From assembly GCF_001194135.2 (NCBI RefSeq), contig NC_068983.1, positions 135,830,833 through 135,882,889 of the forward strand: DNA of 52,057 nucleotides. Reading direction: 5' to 3'. The notes under the pieces are model-generated. The model did not search any database and was not told the DNA's origin. It saw only the letters and a list, made by a program, of their open reading frames with translations. Positions 47,666-52,057 of this stretch are shown one piece after another. The first letter of the stretch is position 1, and each line of letters opens with the position of its first letter. The position numbers were made by a program, and so were the translations under genes. Source of the stretch: Octopus bimaculoides (lineage: Eukaryota).

Positions 47666-47771
47666 GTATGCCATGGTTGTTGAGAATGGTATTGTCAAGC
47701 ACCTACTTGTAGAGCCTAGTGGAATAGAATTAACTTGCAGTGCAGCCAATAAACTGATGAGTGAAATTTAA
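47666..47771 (+). CDS. PRDX5: PRDX5 last coding exon (resolving Cys)
   Basis: tttctgtttttgcAG at 47664-47665. Translates (R)YAMVVENGIVKHLLVEPSGIELTCSAANKLMSEI*, with the LTCS resolving-Cys motif of atypical 2-Cys Prx and stop TAA at 47769-47771. Confidence 0.96.
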
Positions 47772-47973
47772 AGATTCTTTTCAAGAGAAAATGTGAGATA
47801 TGAACTAACTACCTAAACATAGCAAAAAAAAAAAAAAAAAATTTTAAACCAAACCAGTCTCAGTGAAGTGTTTTGTATTTTGGCCACTGACTGGGAAATG
47901 TTTGTCACATTAAAAAACTGTTTTGTAGAGTTAGTTTTAAAAAGATTTTATTCTGAAGTTAATTTCTAATATT

Positions 47974-47985
47974 TGTACAAATAAA
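47974..47985 (+). terminator. Likely PRDX5 polyadenylation signal
   Basis: TGTA (47974-47977) immediately followed by AATAAA (47980-47985), ~210 nt after the stop codon, with T-rich sequence downstream. A second AATAAA occurs near 48088. Confidence 0.55.
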
Positions 47986-50900
47986 AGGGATAAAATATTT
48001 TTTGTATTTTTCTTCCATAATTTGTTGAAGTATTTCTTTTATGAATTTTGTACTCAGATCACCATATTTATGATGAACAATTCTACAAATAAAAATGCAT
48101 GATAATGAGAGTGCTTAACTTTCAATGGGCTCTCTTAATTGATAACTCTACAGTAAGCCTTCGCACACAGCCTGCAAAGTTGTACAATCAGTCAATTGCT
48201 TGTTTTCTTAGGTTAGTATCAAAATGGATAAAACCGACTGAGAACCCCCTTGGTTCTCTGGTACAAACTTCCTGTTTTAGAGTCGTCCACATGAAAATTT
48301 CCAAACATTAACCTAAATGAAAATTAAGAGTTATAAAAGGAACCATCTGCTTGCCCTGTAAGTATGGAAAAAGTGGACATTAGATGATGATGATTTGGTA
48401 CTTATTTTATTGTCCCTGGAAGGATGAAAGGCAAAGTCAACTTCGGCTGAATTTGAATTCAGAACATAAAGACAGACAAAATGTTGCTAAGCATTTTGCC
48501 TGCTATGTTAACAACCCTGCCAGCTTTCCACCTTAACGACAATAGTCCTGGAAGGGCTCAAGTCCAGTTCTACTATAATCTATTTCTCTAACTACTGCTC
48601 TTAGTTGAAACCACTTATTTTTCTTAATCCCTAAAACTATTTCACTTGTTATCAATCTGTCATCCATTTATACTGTTCTCTCCACTCACACTACAGTTGT
48701 CACCCACCAAATTATCTCCCACTCTTATACACAGCACTTGCCTCTTCTTTCCCAACTTGTAAAGCTTCTCTTTTAACTATTTGATATTGCTCTTTTTAGG
48801 CCTGCCTTTTATCTTTTATGGATCTACATTAATATTTAGACACCACATTACCATAGTCAGGCTTGAACCTTGCTCCAGTCACAGATTTAATTTGTAGCTT
48901 TCAACAGGTTGTCGTGTAGAACCTCCAATTCCTTATACATCACCTAGAATTTCTCTCAACCTCTGTTTATAAGAAATTTGTTTCAATTTCTATGCTCTCT
49001 TTCTCAGTCCAACCAGCACTTACCCTGAGGTCACTAATCATTGGTACTGAGTGTTACACTATTCACAGAAGAAAAAATATTTACAACCAACAATCATGTT
49101 TTCTGGGGAGAATGAAACCTGAGACTTAAACCTTTTCCTGATTAGAAGGTGACCGAGTGACTGGTTGGTTTTTCTGAAGTTTGTGTTAGACTGTTTGCAT
49201 TACAAAACTCTAAAAACCTCATTTCTCAAACCATATCCATAGCTACCATCTTGGTGCTGCCCAACCTTCCCATTGAATTCACAGACAAGACAATCCTGTC
49301 GTTTGTTATCAAATTGGTTCACTGGAAGTTCTCAAAAGAACTGTAATACATATTCAGTGACAACAGTTTTTGCTGATGCTTTACCAACACTTAGTTTAAA
49401 ATATTTTACATTGCCCCGTCACTTCTAATTTTTCAGTCGCCAGTAAACCTATGCTGCCTAAACCAGTATTGTTATCTACTCAGAAGAATTTGTACTAAGT
49501 AAGGATATGGCTGTGTGATCAAGAAGTTTGCTTCTAACTATATTAGCTCAGGTTCAATCTCACTGCATGACACTTTGGGCAAATATCTTTTACTGGTGTG
49601 TGTGTGTGTGTGTGTGTACGTACGTCTCAACCTCATCACACAAGCAGTGTTATTCATTTCTAGTCTGGCAAATAGGAAAATATTACCTTGCTTGGAAATG
49701 GGAAAGGCACGTGGCTGTAGAAACTCTGCTTAAAATTCTGTCTCACCCAAGCAAGAATGGAAAAGTGGACATTTTTTGCTTGATGAGTTTTGCTCGCATG
49801 CAGCACAGATCTGTCTACCTTTGTTCTAGTGTCTCTATAATCTCAGACATACCTTTCAATGTATCCACAATGACAGTTGCAGTACTGAAGGGTTTTTCTC
49901 TCTTTTACCCAATAAAAATAGCACTTGAAGTCTGTTTTCTACACCTGAAAGAATATATGCAATTTTTTGATGGTCAAGGCATTCTTGGCCAGGTCTCCAC
50001 CTAACCCCACTAAACATTCACAACACTAGTATAGAGTTAGTTTTGTATATGCAATCAGGATTTTAAATTGAATTAGATATTTTCATGATTTTGGCATTAT
50101 TTTGCTAGTTAGATACCCTCTTTAAAACCTCTTCAGAATATAGAATGGTTGTGTTTTATCAACGAGTCAGTTTTGAGGTACTGCTCTCCTGGATGGGTTA
50201 CCTTTATTGCAGCTTGAGAAATCCATGTTTTTCCAGTAAAGACTTTCAATTACAGCCTACAATACTTAATATTGTTAGGCACAACTGTATATTAAAGAGA
50301 GAATGAATAGAGGAGTCCTATAAGAGAAAGGTATGTAAGCAGGAGATAACAGAGGGAGTGTATGACAAAGAACAGCAGGGAGTGAAAGGGATACATGGAG
50401 AAAAGAGAAAATGTAATAAGGGGGATATATGCTGACCAAGAATGAATTCAAAGTTCTAGCATAACTGCATAAGTTAGCAAGACATGAGATGAAGTCAAAA
50501 AGACAGGGATAAGTAGAGAGAAATAGACAGGATATGACATGAGAAAAGGGACATAGAATATGCATACCACCTGAGAATATAACTATAGCACAACTACATG
50601 GTTTAGTTACCAAGAGGAAGGTTTTGTAAGAAAAGGCATATATCATGTATATGTGAGAGGAACAGAATATGCATGTTGTGTGAAAAACGAGACTGCTCAT
50701 GGTTATCCAGTAAAGTTCAGTAGTCAAGGAAGCAAATTCAGAAAGCCTTATGGGAATTTTTTCTCCCAGCCACTAAGCATTCATAGCTTTGTCTATTTCA
50801 TTGCAAACAGTAATTTATAAATATGTCAAAGTAAATATTTGAATTCCAAGATACTAAACTTATCAAGTTCAAAAAAAAAAAAACTTTAATAAAATAAGTA

Positions 50901-52057
50901 AATACAATCATGTCAAACTTAACAAAATCAGAATGTCTTAGTTTCATAAGTATCATGACCTTCCAATTTCAAGATAATGAGATAGCCATTCCTGCAAACA
51001 GAAGGCATTTGTAGTCCCTCTGGCTATCTGTCACACCTCAACAGTTATTTCATAGACAAAATTGAAAGTAAATACAAGAATGTCATTTAGTGTTTGTTCT
51101 TATCTATCTTGTGATAATCATTTCTATACATGTTCATACACACCCAGGCATGGTTGTGTGGCTAAGAAGATCAAACTTTATCAAGTGGTTTGGGATTCAG
51201 ATAGACTTAACTTCAGTGAAATTTGATAGAAGAAAACTGCATGAAAGCCAGCCATACACATGCTGAAAACCATTCTTGTCCAACACTGAACATTGGCAAG
51301 TCAAATTAAGACTACCACAAGAAGTCACATTTAACGTATACCAGTATGATGGGAAAGACACAGAAATAATGCATATGTGTTTGTCTCTGTATACTATCAC
51401 ATTTACATCACCTGAACAGTAATGATGTTGTTAATGAGTCCTGTAAACAAAATGACCTGTAGCTTGGTAGATTCAACATGCATAAACCAACAGAATAAAA
51501 AATATCTTATAATATTTTGTTTAGTCTATGCTATATCACTTGTGAATGATGACTCCAACAAAAGCAAATTTCCCTCCAGGTTGTGCAAGATGATATTGTG
51601 TGTGCTGAGACTGTGTACAGTCCTGTGTCCTACATAAATTCATGGATATATGTCACGTGGGCCTGACCACAGGGTTATGGAAAAAAGGCAGCGACAGGTT
51701 GACCTGTTCAACAAAAACAATGGCCTGCAAATTTTAGCCATCTTTAATTGTCTGGCTGACAGGCAGTGAAGATCCTTATGGTAATTTGTTTGATATATGG
51801 CATCATCATCGTCATCATCATCATCATCGTTTAACGTCCACTTTCCATGCTAGCATGGGTTGGACGACTTGACTGAGGACTGGTGAAACCGGATGGCAAC
51901 ACCAGGCTCCAATCTAAATTTGGCAGAGTTTCTACAGCTGGATGCCCTTCCTAACGCCAACCACTCAGAGAGTGTAGTAGGTGTTTTTACGTGTCACCTG
52001 CACGAAGGCCAGTCAGGCGATACTGGCAATGGCCACGCTCGAAATGGTGTCTTTTAT

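Noticed and set aside
47824-47841. A18 run after the PRDX5 stop as evidence of a processed retrocopy or poly(A) site
   Set aside because: The gene has introns. The run is a genomic homopolymer, though it could cause internal oligo-dT priming.
49528-50727. ORFs 49528-50004 (+) and 50275-50727 (-)
   Set aside because: The first overlaps a SINE head and (TG)n. The second is low-information purine/pyrimidine-skewed sequence with no motif I recognise, probably an old repeat.

Overview
AT-rich, repeat-dense animal genomic DNA with assembly gaps. The repeat landscape, dominated by (GAT)n-tailed RTE-type repeats, tRNA-derived SINEs and many microsatellites, points to a coleoid cephalopod, probably Octopus (inference). 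Two intron-rich genes lie on the + strand; the ORF track misses most of their exons, and I rebuilt them from splice sites and translation. (1) The 3' part of a tail-anchored fatty aldehyde dehydrogenase (ALDH3A2-like): exons 759-829, 1994-2109, 2427-2556, 5793-5931 and a probable last exon 8137-8217. (2) A complete peroxiredoxin-5 (PRDX5): shared exons 37859-37993, 42474-42605, 44052-44090, 45191-45246 and 47666-47771, plus what look like two alternative first coding exons. One is a 5-codon exon, MGAIK (28824-28838). The other is a 34-codon exon encoding a mitochondrial-type presequence (29916-30017). Between these two exons, on the - strand, is a Penelope-type minimal hammerhead ribozyme fold (29328-29364). 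The 20 kb between the genes holds transposon relics: an R4/Dong-like LINE, two convergent CRE-clade LINEs, CR1, RTE, mariner and Tc1-like fragments. It also holds a ~360-bp palindrome with two decayed hammerhead-like motifs and a ~3.6-kb self-complementary (TACG)n-derived satellite. Exon coordinates were counted by hand and should be exact. Repeat boundaries are approximate, and family assignments rest on recognised motifs, not on database searches.
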